From Chloroflexota bacterium (GTDB taxonomy: Bacteria > Chloroflexota > UBA11872 > UBA12225), in the NCBI GenBank assembly GCA_030447525.1, contig JAUJOR010000001.1, positions 299,466 to 363,465 on the forward strand: a stretch of 64,000 nucleotides of DNA, written 5' to 3'. The first letter of the stretch is position 1. Each line of letters opens with the position of its first letter. Below are positions 21,750 to 30,401 of this stretch, piece after piece. The notes under the pieces were generated by a model. That model was not told the origin of the DNA, did not search any database, and saw only the letters and a program-made list of their open reading frames with translations. The position numbers were made by a program, and so were the translations under genes.

Positions 21750-22493
21750 TTAGATGACGAGGTAGGGGTAGCCACGTAGGGCCAGGTCGACTACGGCCGC
21801 CACGCGGTAGAAGTAGCGGTCGAAGGTAGGGATGAAGTCTTCCCGCCTGACCTCCCGTGGGGCAATGGTGTCCCCGGTCGCGAGGGCTAAGGCGGGGATG
21901 GCGTCTCGCTCTCCTGACCAGAGGCGCAAGAGGTCGGCCACGGCTACTCCTTCCAGGGCGTGCACCTCCACCGGCTGCGGCCGGAACGCTGCCAACGGGA
22001 AGGGCGAGCGCCACAGGAAGACGTCTTGCAGCTCCCGGTCTCGCCCCGCCCCCGGCGGCTCGCTGACGGAAACACGGTGTCCCAGGGGGATCAAGTCTTC
22101 CAGGCGCGCCGCCTGGCCGATCTCCTCCTCTACCTCGCGCACGACGTCTTGGAGCGTCTCCCCGGCTCGGTAGTGGCCCCCGACGGAGGCGTCCAGCCGT
22201 CCGGGCCAGGTGTCCTTGTACCGGCCCCGCCGCTGGAGGATCAGCAGGGGGGATGAGGCGCCGGTCGCCGGCGGGGGGCCGCTCTCAGGCGCAGGGGAAG
22301 GCTGCGGGCCCAGGCAGGTAACCCAGCAGTGGAATGAGCGGTGCCAGTCCCCGTCACGGTGGACGTCGGCGCGGCGCTTGACCCGGCCGGCCAGGCGACC
22401 GTCGCTGTGGTAGAGGTCGAACAGCTCGCCGGGATCGCTAAAGGGGTCCACCCTCTCGCCGGGGCCGTTCGCGTCAAGGGGAGTGGCTGACAT
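21750..22493 (-). CDS. Nudix hydrolase (IPP isomerase-like)
   Basis: HRDGDWHRSFHCW, LQRR, WPGRLDASVGGH, Nudix box GETLQDVVREVEEEIG. Confidence 0.88.
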   Translation of the reverse strand: MSATPLDANGPGERVDPFSDPGELFDLYHSDGRLAGRVKRRADVHRDGDWHRSFHCWVTCLGPQPSPAPESGPPPATGASSPLLILQRRGRYKDTWPGRLDASVGGHYRAGETLQDVVREVEEEIGQAARLEDLIPLGHRVSVSEPPGAGRDRELQDVFLWRSPFPLAAFRPQPVEVHALEGVAVADLLRLWSGERDAIPALALATGDTIAPREVRREDFIPTFDRYFYRVAAVVDLALRGYPYLVI

Positions 22494-22523
22494 CGGGCGA
22501 CTGGCAGGACCGGCGGGGACGGC

Positions 22524-24641
22524 TCAGGGCTTGGTGCGCACGAAGACGAGAAAGGCCCCGGACTGGTGGGCCACCTCATAGGCATCTTCCAGGTAGCTGT
22601 GGACGATCCTCCCCAGCGTGGGATCCCAGAGGAACAGGGCCAGGACATCGATGCGGGGGTAGCCGGCGATCTGCCCGTCAAAGTCGGTGATGCCCCGCTG
22701 GTCGAGAAGGAGGAGGTGCCCCCAGAAGGTGTCCTGGTCGATGTAGTGCTGCTCTCTGGTGTAATAGGCGACGTCGCGCGAGGCGACGTAGGGCTCGTCC
22801 GGACGCAGGATGGTATCCAGATAGGTGGCCGTCTCACGCTGCCCGGAGACGCCGTAATTGTACGCCGTAGAGTAGGTCGCCCGCGCCTGGGCACCGTTCA
22901 CCCCCCAGCTCCAGGAGAGTGTCAGCAACAGGCCGAGGATGGCCAGCTGCCGCGGGAGGTGGTAGCGCCCCAGGGCGGCGCCGAGGACGAGAAAGGCGAA
23001 GCCGAGGGCCGCCGGCCAGACGAGCAGGGGGAGGACGAAGTCGTAGCCCTGGAACAGGACGTAGCGATCCCCGACGAAGGTGACGAAGTAGCCGGCCATG
23101 CCGGCCAGCACCACGCCATACACCGGCAGCTCCCACCACGCCAGGGAGGGGACGTAACGGGCCAGGAAGTAGGCCAGTCCCACGGCGCAGAACGGCATCA
23201 TGCTGATGTGGTACTTGGGAAAGCTGGCCGCCAGCTTGATGAGGTAGGCCAGGCCGATGACCCCGCCGCTCAGGAGCACGAAGTCCAGCGGTCGCCCCCC
23301 CCAGGAGTGACCGGTGCCCGGCAGCCGTCGCAGCCGCCGCCACAGGGCGACGAACGGCTGCCCCACCAGGTCCACGGTGCGGGAAAGGGAGGCCCAGGCG
23401 AACAGTCCGATGGCGTACGGCGAGACCCACAGGGCGACGTAACTCACCATGTCCAGCAGGATACGGGGGTTCTCGCGCCAGGTCCCGGAGCTCCCGGCGG
23501 CGTCTCGCAGCTGGAGATCCAGGATGCGGAAGGGGAGAGCGAAGGGCATGCCCAAGGCGAGACAGACGCCCCACCAGGTCACCAGGAAGAGGCCGGCGCC
23601 GCCGAAGGCGACGATCGGGGTGTCCACCAGCAGGCGCCACGGGCGCCAGGGGTGCGTCGCCAGCAGCCGGTAGAGCGCGGCCGCGGCCACTAAGGCCAGC
23701 GATGTGGTCATCTTGGCCCACAGCGAAAGGGCAAAGGTGAACGTAGCCAGCCCCAGCAGTGTCCAGGTCACCGGGCTGCGCAGGGGCCGATTGGAGCGCA
23801 AGAGCAAGACGTAGACGAACGCCAGCAGGGCGATGGAGGCGACCAGAACGGTACCGTCGATGTCCAGCAGCAAGGCGCTCTGGATGACGAACGGATTGGT
23901 GACGTACAGCGCCGTCCCAGCGGCGGCGAAGATGGGGGCAGCCCGTGTCTGGCGCCACAGGACGACCGTGGCCGTGGCGAAGACGAGAAGGGCCGCCACG
24001 GCGTTACAGATGAGCCCCACCGAGCGTGCCACCGTCTCCGACTCGCCCCACTGGCGAAAGGCCAGGCCCAGGACATAGACGTACAGGGGCGGGTGCCACA
24101 AGGCCCAGTTGAAGCGCTGGGAAAAGTCGCCCGGCGTCTCGGTCTGCATGTGCCCGACGTTGGACAGGGGGATGCCTCTCTCGGCCACGGCCTGCCCGGC
24201 AAAGGCAAAAGCGGCCTCGTCGTAGACGTATGGCTTGCCGAGCTGGGGCTGCGCGAACCACCAGGCGATCACAAAGGCCCCGGCCACGATGCCCAGGGCG
24301 ACCACCCAGCCGGCGAGCGTGGCCAGGGCGCTCCCCTGGAGCACCCGAGCCGGCCCTCGCCCGGCGCGCCCTGCGGGGGCGCCGGCGGGGCGGGGGGCAC
24401 CAGCCGGACGCTCAGGGGGAGACGCCTCCCAGCCGGCCGGTCCCGGCACGGCGCCCTCATGGTCGAGCGCCGGAAGGTCGAGCGTCCCGCCCACGGAGAC
24501 CGGCCCCGGCTGCTTCGCCCGGTGCCTCGGTCGGAGCCGGCCCGGCGGCCCAGGTGGCGTTTGCGCGAGATCGGCGTCTGTGGTGGTCGTCACACCTGGG
24601 TAGCCCGTTCGGCAAGGGGGCGGCGACGGGTATGGTACCAA
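22524..24641 (-). CDS. ArnT/PMT-family (GT-C) membrane glycosyltransferase
   Basis: YVYDEA after first TM, WHPPLY, many TM helices; start uncertain. Confidence 0.8.
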   Translation of the reverse strand: MVPYPSPPPCRTGYPGVTTTTDADLAQTPPGPPGRLRPRHRAKQPGPVSVGGTLDLPALDHEGAVPGPAGWEASPPERPAGAPRPAGAPAGRAGRGPARVLQGSALATLAGWVVALGIVAGAFVIAWWFAQPQLGKPYVYDEAAFAFAGQAVAERGIPLSNVGHMQTETPGDFSQRFNWALWHPPLYVYVLGLAFRQWGESETVARSVGLICNAVAALLVFATATVVLWRQTRAAPIFAAAGTALYVTNPFVIQSALLLDIDGTVLVASIALLAFVYVLLLRSNRPLRSPVTWTLLGLATFTFALSLWAKMTTSLALVAAAALYRLLATHPWRPWRLLVDTPIVAFGGAGLFLVTWWGVCLALGMPFALPFRILDLQLRDAAGSSGTWRENPRILLDMVSYVALWVSPYAIGLFAWASLSRTVDLVGQPFVALWRRLRRLPGTGHSWGGRPLDFVLLSGGVIGLAYLIKLAASFPKYHISMMPFCAVGLAYFLARYVPSLAWWELPVYGVVLAGMAGYFVTFVGDRYVLFQGYDFVLPLLVWPAALGFAFLVLGAALGRYHLPRQLAILGLLLTLSWSWGVNGAQARATYSTAYNYGVSGQRETATYLDTILRPDEPYVASRDVAYYTREQHYIDQDTFWGHLLLLDQRGITDFDGQIAGYPRIDVLALFLWDPTLGRIVHSYLEDAYEVAHQSGAFLVFVRTKP

Positions 24642-24659
24642 CCTGCGACCGGGAGTTGC

Positions 24660-24863
24660 TCAGCCTTTCCCGGAGGTCTCCTCCTCAAGTCCCTCGCCCC
24701 CGTAGCGCGCGGCGCGCCGCCGGTCGCGCAGCCCCAGGCGCCGATCAAGCGGGTCCCAGGCCGCGGCCAGGAGGAACAGGAACAGCAACCCGATACCCGC
24801 CATCACCTCGAAGGCCAGCGTGAGCAAGTCTGTTACGCCCGAGCGTACCGCGTCGCGTGCCAT
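24660..24863 (-). CDS. Small single-TM hypothetical protein
   Basis: 67 aa with one hydrophobic stretch and charged tail; AGGA upstream; co-oriented with the ArnT-like gene. Confidence 0.5.
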   Translation of the reverse strand: MARDAVRSGVTDLLTLAFEVMAGIGLLFLFLLAAAWDPLDRRLGLRDRRRAARYGGEGLEEETSGKG

Positions 24864-24973
24864 GTCCTGTCACTCCCGAGCGTTCTCGTCCCTCTGTAAC
24901 GCGACAGCGTGACAGATGATGCGAAATCGGTGATGCAGCATCGACCATAGGGCGCTGCGGTACGATCCAGACC

Positions 24974-25549
24974 ATGTGGCCGGCCCTGGAGGCGATAGAC
25001 GCAATGGCTCCGACTGCCTTGCTGCAGTCCCTGGCGGCCGCCGCGGTGCCCTACGACATCCGCCGGCACGACCCGGCGCGCCACGCGCGACACCTTGCGG
25101 CCATCTGGGGCATCCCCCTGCCCGAGGCCGGACGGGCAACGCTGTTCGATGCCGGCGGGGCGCCGGTGCTTGTCCTCGTCCCTGCCGACCGCAAGGTGTC
25201 GGCGCCCCGACTGCGCAGCGTTCTCGGGGTCACAGACCTGCGAGTGCTGCGCGGCGATCGCGGGGTGGGTCGCACCGGCTGGCGCGGCCTGCCCGGAGAG
25301 CCGGGGGTCCTGCCCGCCGTGCCCCGCCTGTACGGGGCGCGCTGCCTGGTAGAGGAGCTCGTCCTGAACCGAGAACGCCTGGTGGTCTCGCTGGAAGCGG
25401 GTCGGTCGGTGGCCCTGCTCCCCGCCGACTACGTCCGGGTAGTAGGGGCGGCGACGGCTCGTTTCGCGGGTGGGACGAGGCTCCTGCCTGAAGGGGGCAT
25501 GATCACCGAAGTGACGTTGGTGGGCCGGGAAGGATTCGAACCTCCGTAG
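24974..25549 (+). CDS. YbaK/ProX-family aminoacyl-tRNA editing domain protein
   Basis: VPYDIRRH, GRATLF, PVLVLVPADRKV, GVLPAVP pattern; TACGAT 7 nt before ATG; 3' end overlaps tRNA-Tyr antisense. Confidence 0.7.
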   Translation: MWPALEAIDAMAPTALLQSLAAAAVPYDIRRHDPARHARHLAAIWGIPLPEAGRATLFDAGGAPVLVLVPADRKVSAPRLRSVLGVTDLRVLRGDRGVGRTGWRGLPGEPGVLPAVPRLYGARCLVEELVLNRERLVVSLEAGRSVALLPADYVRVVGAATARFAGGTRLLPEGGMITEVTLVGREGFEPP

Positions 25550-25605
25550 GGCGTCAGCCCGTCAGATTTACAGTCTGATGCAATTGACCGCTCTGCCACC
25601 GACCC
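25518..25605 (-). tRNA. tRNA-Tyr(GTA)
   Basis: GGGTCGGTGGCAGAGCGGTCAATTGCATCAGACTGTAAATCTGAC...GGAGGTTCGAATCCTTCCCGGCCCACCA; anticodon stem TCAGA/TCTGA, long variable arm, encoded CCA. Confidence 0.98.
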
Positions 25606-25614
25606 GTGGGCGAG

Positions 25615-25642
25615 AGTATGCAGCCCCCGCCTAGGACGTCAA
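25615..25642 (-). promoter_or_regulatory. Sigma70 promoter of tRNA-Tyr
   Basis: TTGACG-16 nt (ending TG)-CATACT, 9 nt upstream of the tRNA. Confidence 0.65.
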
Positions 25643-25660
25643 AGTATACCAATCGAGTCG

Positions 25661-25687
25661 TGTCGATCTCGGCCTACCCCGTTCGAC
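25661..25687 (+). promoter_or_regulatory. ECF42-type promoter
   Basis: TGTCGA-17 nt-CGAC upstream of the DGPF gene, as in the ECF42 consensus (TGTCGA / CGWC). Confidence 0.65.
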
Positions 25688-25780
25688 GCCTTAGGAGAGG
25701 GCAGTGACGGTCGGACGCCACCATCCGCCGGCCAGCCCTCGCGGCCGACGGCAACAGCTACCAACAATGGAGACAGTTCG

Positions 25781-26206
25781 GTGCGAGTCATGGTCTTGAT
25801 CAAAGCCACCCAGGACAGCGAGGCGGGCGTCCTCCCCAGCAAGCAGATCCTGACCGAGATGATGCAGTACAACCAGGAGCTGGTAAAGGCCGGCATCTTG
25901 CTCGCCGGCGAGGGGCTCCACCCAAGCTCGAGGGGGGCGCGGGTCAGGTTCTCCGGGGGCAAGACGACCGTGATCGATGGACCCTTCACCGAGACGAAGG
26001 AGCTGATCGCCGGCTTCTGGCTGTGGCAGGTGAAGTCGATGGACGAGGCCATCGCCTGGGTCAAGCGTTGCCCCAATCCCGAGGGCGTCGAGGCCGAGAT
26101 CGAGATCCGCCCGGTGTTCGAAGCGGAGGACTTTGGGGCCGAGTTCACGCCCGAGCTCAGGGAGCAGGAGGCGCGCTTGCGCGCCCAGGCGGCCGCGAAG
26201 CAGTAA
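25781..26206 (+). CDS. YciI/DGPF-domain protein
   Basis: GEGLHPSS, IDGPFTETKELIAGFW, EIEIRP. Confidence 0.93.
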   Translation: MRVMVLIKATQDSEAGVLPSKQILTEMMQYNQELVKAGILLAGEGLHPSSRGARVRFSGGKTTVIDGPFTETKELIAGFWLWQVKSMDEAIAWVKRCPNPEGVEAEIEIRPVFEAEDFGAEFTPELREQEARLRAQAAAKQ

Positions 26207-26259
26207 TCGCCGTGTGCCGGGCCTTGCGCCGGCGGGCACTAATCCTATAGACGGATGCC

Positions 26260-27429
26260 GTGACCGGATCAGAGACGCACCGCGCGATCGAGACGGTCTG
26301 GAGGATCGAGTCTGTCAGGCTCATCGCCGGCCTCACGCGGGACGTGCGGGACATCGGGCTCGCCGAAGAGCTGGCCCAGGATGCGCTCGTCGCCGCGCTG
26401 GAGCAGTGGCCCGAGTCGGGCGTCCCGCGCAACCCGGGCGCCTGGCTCATGGCCGTTGCCCGGCGGCGCGCAATTGACCAGCTGCGTCGGCGGGCGATGC
26501 TGGGGCGCAAGCACGAGGCGCTGGGCCGCGAGCTGGAGGTTCAGCAGGAGCTGGCCGCGGACGATCTCGATGGCGCGATGGACGTCGATGACGACATCGG
26601 AGACGACCTGCTGCGTCTCATGTTCATCGCCTGTCATCCGGTGCTGTCGACCGAGGCGCGCGTTGCGCTCACGCTCCGCCTGCTCGGGGGGTTGACCACC
26701 GAGGAGATCGCGCGCCCCTTTCTCGCCCCGGAGCCGACGGTCGCCCAGCGGATCGTCCGCGCCAAGCGCACCCTGGCCGCGGCGCGTGTCCCGTTCGAGG
26801 TTCCCGGCGGAGCCGAGCGCGCCGCCCGTCTGTCTTCGGTGCTCGAGGTGCACTACCTCATCTTCAACGAGGGCTACGCGGCGACCGCCGGCGACGCCTG
26901 GATCCGACCGGCGCTGTGCGAGGAGGCGCTCCGCCTCGGGCGCGTCCTGGCCGAGCTGGCGCCGAATGAGCCGGAGGTCCACGGCCTGGTCGGGCTGATG
27001 GAGCTCCAGGCGTCGCGCTTACGCGCCCGGATCGGCCCATCGGGAGAGCCCGTTCTGCTCCTCGATCAAGACCGTGCCCGCTGGGATCAGCTCCTCATCC
27101 GCCGCGGGCTGACTGCGCTGGAGCGGGCCGCGGCGCTCGGCGGCGCCCTCGGCCCATACGCCCTGCAGGGGGCGATCGCCGACTGTCACGCACGTGCGCG
27201 GGACCCTGAGGAGACCGAGCGGCACGCACCTAGCCGCCAACCATACGTTGCCCCGGGTCGCACCAAGGGGGCGGAAAGGAGAGTTCCTCTAGAAGCCGGC
27301 GAAGCGTGCCGGCGGGGAGGGCGCCGGGGCGTCGGGGTCGAGACGCTCGGCAGAGCGCTTCGCCGCTTCGTTAAGGGAAACGGCGCGGTGCACCTCCAGG
27401 ACCATGTGGCGCACTCGCACCAACTCTGA
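26260..27429 (+). pseudogene. ECF42-type RNA polymerase sigma factor, C-terminal TPR region truncated
   Basis: LAEELAQDA, DDLLRLMFIACHPVL, VAQRIVRAKRTL, YLIFNEGY; similarity stops at HARARDPEET (about 27215) and the tail is antisense of the next ORF. Confidence 0.75.
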
Positions 27430-27600
27430 GGCGGCTCGCTGGTTTCCAGGGTCGGTCGCGATCGTGCGCTGGAGCTGCTCACGATACGCCACCAGGCGCA
27501 GCAAGCGGGTGAGAACGACCCGGTAGGGTCCATCGGCAGGCGCCGCTTCGCCCGGCCCGAGGGGGGGCTGGAGGTCGGCCGTCAACGCGCTCACGCTCAC
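27289..27600 (-). CDS. Hypothetical helical protein
   Basis: 103-aa ORF with amphipathic helical core; co-oriented with the phosphoesterase and infA. Confidence 0.5.
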   Translation of the reverse strand: MSVSALTADLQPPLGPGEAAPADGPYRVVLTRLLRLVAYREQLQRTIATDPGNQRAASELVRVRHMVLEVHRAVSLNEAAKRSAERLDPDAPAPSPPARFAGF

Positions 27601-27691
27601 GAAATCTACCCTTTGCCTGGTGCCGCCTGGGGGGTGCGCCGCGCCGACGCCCCTGCCCTAGGGCTTGTAACGAGTCGGCGGGCGGAAGGTG

Positions 27692-28360
27692 TCACGCCTC
27701 GCTCGCTCGCGGCGCTCCCGGCGCCAGGTCGAGGAACGTCGCTGCCAGGGTGTCGAGGTCGAGCAAGGCGCAGCGATTCCACATCGCCGCTCGGAGCTTT
27801 ACCACCTTGGTGGGGCCCAGCCAGGCGATACCCTCGGTGTGGTGGACGTGGCCACAGACGTGGGCGCGGGGGGCCGCACCTGGTTGCACCGGCGCGCCTT
27901 GGTCGTGGACGACGTAATGCAGACCGCGCGGCGGGAGGTGGGTGAGCAAGATCGCCCCGGCCAGGTCGAGGGTAAGGGTCTCCCCAGGCGCCAGCTGCGA
28001 ATCGTGGGGGGCAGTACCGTCTCCCCCAAAGCCCACGAAGCGGACGCCGGCTACCTCCCGCTCTTGACGGTGGATGGTCACCCCCGCCCGGCGGAACTCC
28101 TCGACGGCCCGCAAGGTGTCGTTGTTCCCGTGCACCAGCAGGAGCGGCAGACCATGGCGCCGCACCACGCCGATAACGTCCCTGGCGTAGGCCTCATGCC
28201 CAGAAATGGTGACGTCCCCGGCCAGGAGGACAACGCTCAGCTCGGGCCCTTTCCGTGCCAGGAAAGCGTCGACCCGGCGCAGGGCGGTGACGTTACTGTG
28301 CAGGTCGGCGAGGCACAGGGCGGTGCGGGGCCGGCGCCCGGTGGCTGCCGTCGTCCGCAG
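27692..28360 (-). CDS. Calcineurin-like metallophosphoesterase (non-canonical start)
   Basis: Extending the 27692-28168 frame upstream gives ADLHSN, LAGDVT, then HGNND, LTHLPP, CGHVH; no ATG/GTG/TTG upstream of DLH; in-frame CTG at 28360. Confidence 0.8.
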   Translation of the reverse strand: MRTTAATGRRPRTALCLADLHSNVTALRRVDAFLARKGPELSVVLLAGDVTISGHEAYARDVIGVVRRHGLPLLLVHGNNDTLRAVEEFRRAGVTIHRQEREVAGVRFVGFGGDGTAPHDSQLAPGETLTLDLAGAILLTHLPPRGLHYVVHDQGAPVQPGAAPRAHVCGHVHHTEGIAWLGPTKVVKLRAAMWNRCALLDLDTLAATFLDLAPGAPRASEA

Positions 28361-28429
28361 TCCTGCCGGTGACCAGAGGCGACGAACCCGGGGCGAGACC
28401 TCGTCTCCCTCTGCCGGCGCTGGCCGGCG

Positions 28430-28687
28430 TTAGGTGCGCACTCGCCAGGTGATACGTCCGCGTGTCAGGTCGTAGGGCGAGAGCTCCACCTGGACGCGAT
28501 CCCCAATCCCGACGCGGATGTAGTTCTTGCGCATTTTCCCCCCCAGGTGCGCCAGCACCTTGTGGCCCCCTTCGAGCTCGACGGTGAAAAAGGCGTTGGG
28601 GAGGGTCTCCTTGATCACTCCATCCATGGTGATCTTGGACACGTCTTCCTTGCGTGGTTGCCTATTGCCCGTCTGTGCCTGCACCAT
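28430..28687 (-). CDS. infA: Translation initiation factor IF-1
   Basis: [43 protein letters not shown]; alternative GTG start at 28642. Confidence 0.96.
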   Translation of the reverse strand: MVQAQTGNRQPRKEDVSKITMDGVIKETLPNAFFTVELEGGHKVLAHLGGKMRKNYIRVGIGDRVQVELSPYDLTRGRITWRVRT

Positions 28688-28864
28688 ACGCGCGACCCTC
28701 TCTCGTTCTCGTACCCGTCAACGCAACGCCCCACTTCTCGGTGCGTTCTCTACCCCTCTATAATGACATATGCGTCATGACCTGGCTGCTTCGCGCCGAC
28801 GCCTAGGCGGGCACGTCGCCGGCACTGGTTGATCGCTGCAGAGGCCGCGCTCCGGGAGAACGGG

Positions 28865-29395
28865 ATGCCCAAGTACGTCGAAGTCACCGAAGATGAAGCC
28901 TGGGCCATCGATCATACGATACGCCATACCTTCAGCGAAGGGCCGAACAACGTCGGCCGAGACTTGCTCTTGAAAGTGATGCACGTCATCCTGGAGTTTG
29001 AGGAGCGCCGGGGCAAGCCATTCTCTCCCCAGGTGCTCCCCGTGGCTCTGACAGAGGACGAGTGCTGGGCGGTCGATCACCAGATCCGTTGCGACCTGAC
29101 AGTCAACGGAAAGGCTGTTGGCCGGGGCATCCTGCTGAAGGTGTTTCGCGCCTTGACCGAGTACGCCAACGATCGCGACTCGGAGTCGAGTGTCGTCCGC
29201 CTGGGGTCGTTGGCCGATCTCCTGCGCCCTGGTCCGGGGGACGACGCCGGGGGGGATGGGGAAGGTTCTCCCGGGAGCCCGCATGCCGGTGGCGCCTCAG
29301 ACAAGCGCCCCGGCTCGGGGAGCTCGGAGGGCAATTCCCCCGATCGGCGCCCGCCGGACGATGGTACGGCGGGGCCTTTGCCCCGCGGGAAGTAG
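28865..29395 (+). CDS. Hypothetical protein with internal tandem domain duplication
   Basis: GGGAG SD then ATG; two about 50-aa repeats TEDE.WA.DH.IR...VGR..LLKV; TATAAT at 28759-28764. Confidence 0.75.
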   Translation: MPKYVEVTEDEAWAIDHTIRHTFSEGPNNVGRDLLLKVMHVILEFEERRGKPFSPQVLPVALTEDECWAVDHQIRCDLTVNGKAVGRGILLKVFRALTEYANDRDSESSVVRLGSLADLLRPGPGDDAGGDGEGSPGSPHAGGASDKRPGSGSSEGNSPDRRPPDDGTAGPLPRGK

Positions 29396-29476
29396 ACCCG
29401 CTGGGTCGACTCTGGTTGGGGGATCTCGCCGGCGGCGGCTCCCGGCTGAACCCCCTTGTGGCTATACTGCTTTCTT

Positions 29477-30202
29477 GTGGAAGCGGTGACGCCGCGCGTG
29501 CGCGCGGGCGATAAGCTGGGAGGAGAGAACCCGCCGCTAGGGCCCCCTGCCTCCTTGATCGGGCAAGGCCCCATCGCCGGCGCGCGCTATCTCCTCGAGC
29601 GGACCAGCACCATCATTGGGCGGGCTGAAGATTGCCACATCAGACTTCAGGATCCGCTGGCCTCGCGGCGCCACGCCGAGATTCGTCGCGAGCCGTGGCG
29701 ATACCTGATCGTCGATCTGGGGAGCCGCAACGGGACACGGGTCAACGGCCGGCCGATCACCGGCCCCCACCAGCTCCAGCACGGCGACTCCGTCCTGGTA
29801 GCGTCTATCCCCCTGCGCTTTGAAGATCCGAATGCCACCGTGCCTGTAGCCCGCGAGGCCCTGCGCCAGGCACACCTCCCGGTATGGGTGAACGTTTCCG
29901 CCGGCGAAGCCTACGCCTTCGGCAGGCCGCTGGAGCTCACGCCCAAGGAGTTCGCCCTCCTGGCCCTGCTCTATGAGCGCGCCGGCCAGGTCTGTGACAA
30001 GGACGAGATTGCCCGTGCCGTCTGGCCGGAGTGCGACGGTGTGGTCTACGACTACAACATAGAGACGCTGGTCAGCCGGCTGCGCCACAAGCTTGACCAG
30101 GCCGGGACGAGCGCGGACGCCGTAGTCACGGTGAAAAAGCGCGGCTACCGGCTGGCAGCGGGCGGGCAGACGGACGGGCCGGACGCCGTGGCCCCGGCTT
30201 GA
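29477..30202 (+). CDS. FHA domain + OmpR-type winged-helix transcriptional regulator
   Basis: FHA motifs IGR, SRRHA, DLGSRNGTRVNG; wHTH LTPKEFALL, VSRLRHKL, TVKKRGYRL; TATACT 8 nt before GTG. Confidence 0.88.
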   Translation: MEAVTPRVRAGDKLGGENPPLGPPASLIGQGPIAGARYLLERTSTIIGRAEDCHIRLQDPLASRRHAEIRREPWRYLIVDLGSRNGTRVNGRPITGPHQLQHGDSVLVASIPLRFEDPNATVPVAREALRQAHLPVWVNVSAGEAYAFGRPLELTPKEFALLALLYERAGQVCDKDEIARAVWPECDGVVYDYNIETLVSRLRHKLDQAGTSADAVVTVKKRGYRLAAGGQTDGPDAVAPA

Positions 30203-30206
30203 GCGC

Positions 30207-30401
30207 GCCGGTCTCCTGTTCCAGGTGGCGCTCCGTTTGTGGAGCCCCCGGCTGCGAGGCCGGTGAGTCCCCCGCCCCTGGCGTAACTCCGTGACTGCGG
30301 TGGGCTCGGTGAGCGCTGCCAGGCAGGCTGATGCACCGGCCGGGGTGCTGGCCGGGATCTTCCTCCTTAGCCTGGCCGGTCTCCTGTTCCAGGTGGCGCT
30401 C
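30207..30401 (+). repeat. 27-bp direct repeat
   Basis: GCCGGTCTCCTGTTCCAGGTGGCGCTC at 30207-30233 and 30375-30401. Confidence 0.85.

Noticed and set aside
20560..27600. Genomic island integrated at tRNA-Tyr
   Set aside because: No integrase and no duplicated tRNA 3' end noticed by eye (not exhaustively searched).
29405..29435. Third copy of the 79-nt element (AGATCCCCCAACC on the minus strand); also TCCCACGACTGGGA near 13055
   Set aside because: Similarity is limited to about 12 nt; compatible with chance.
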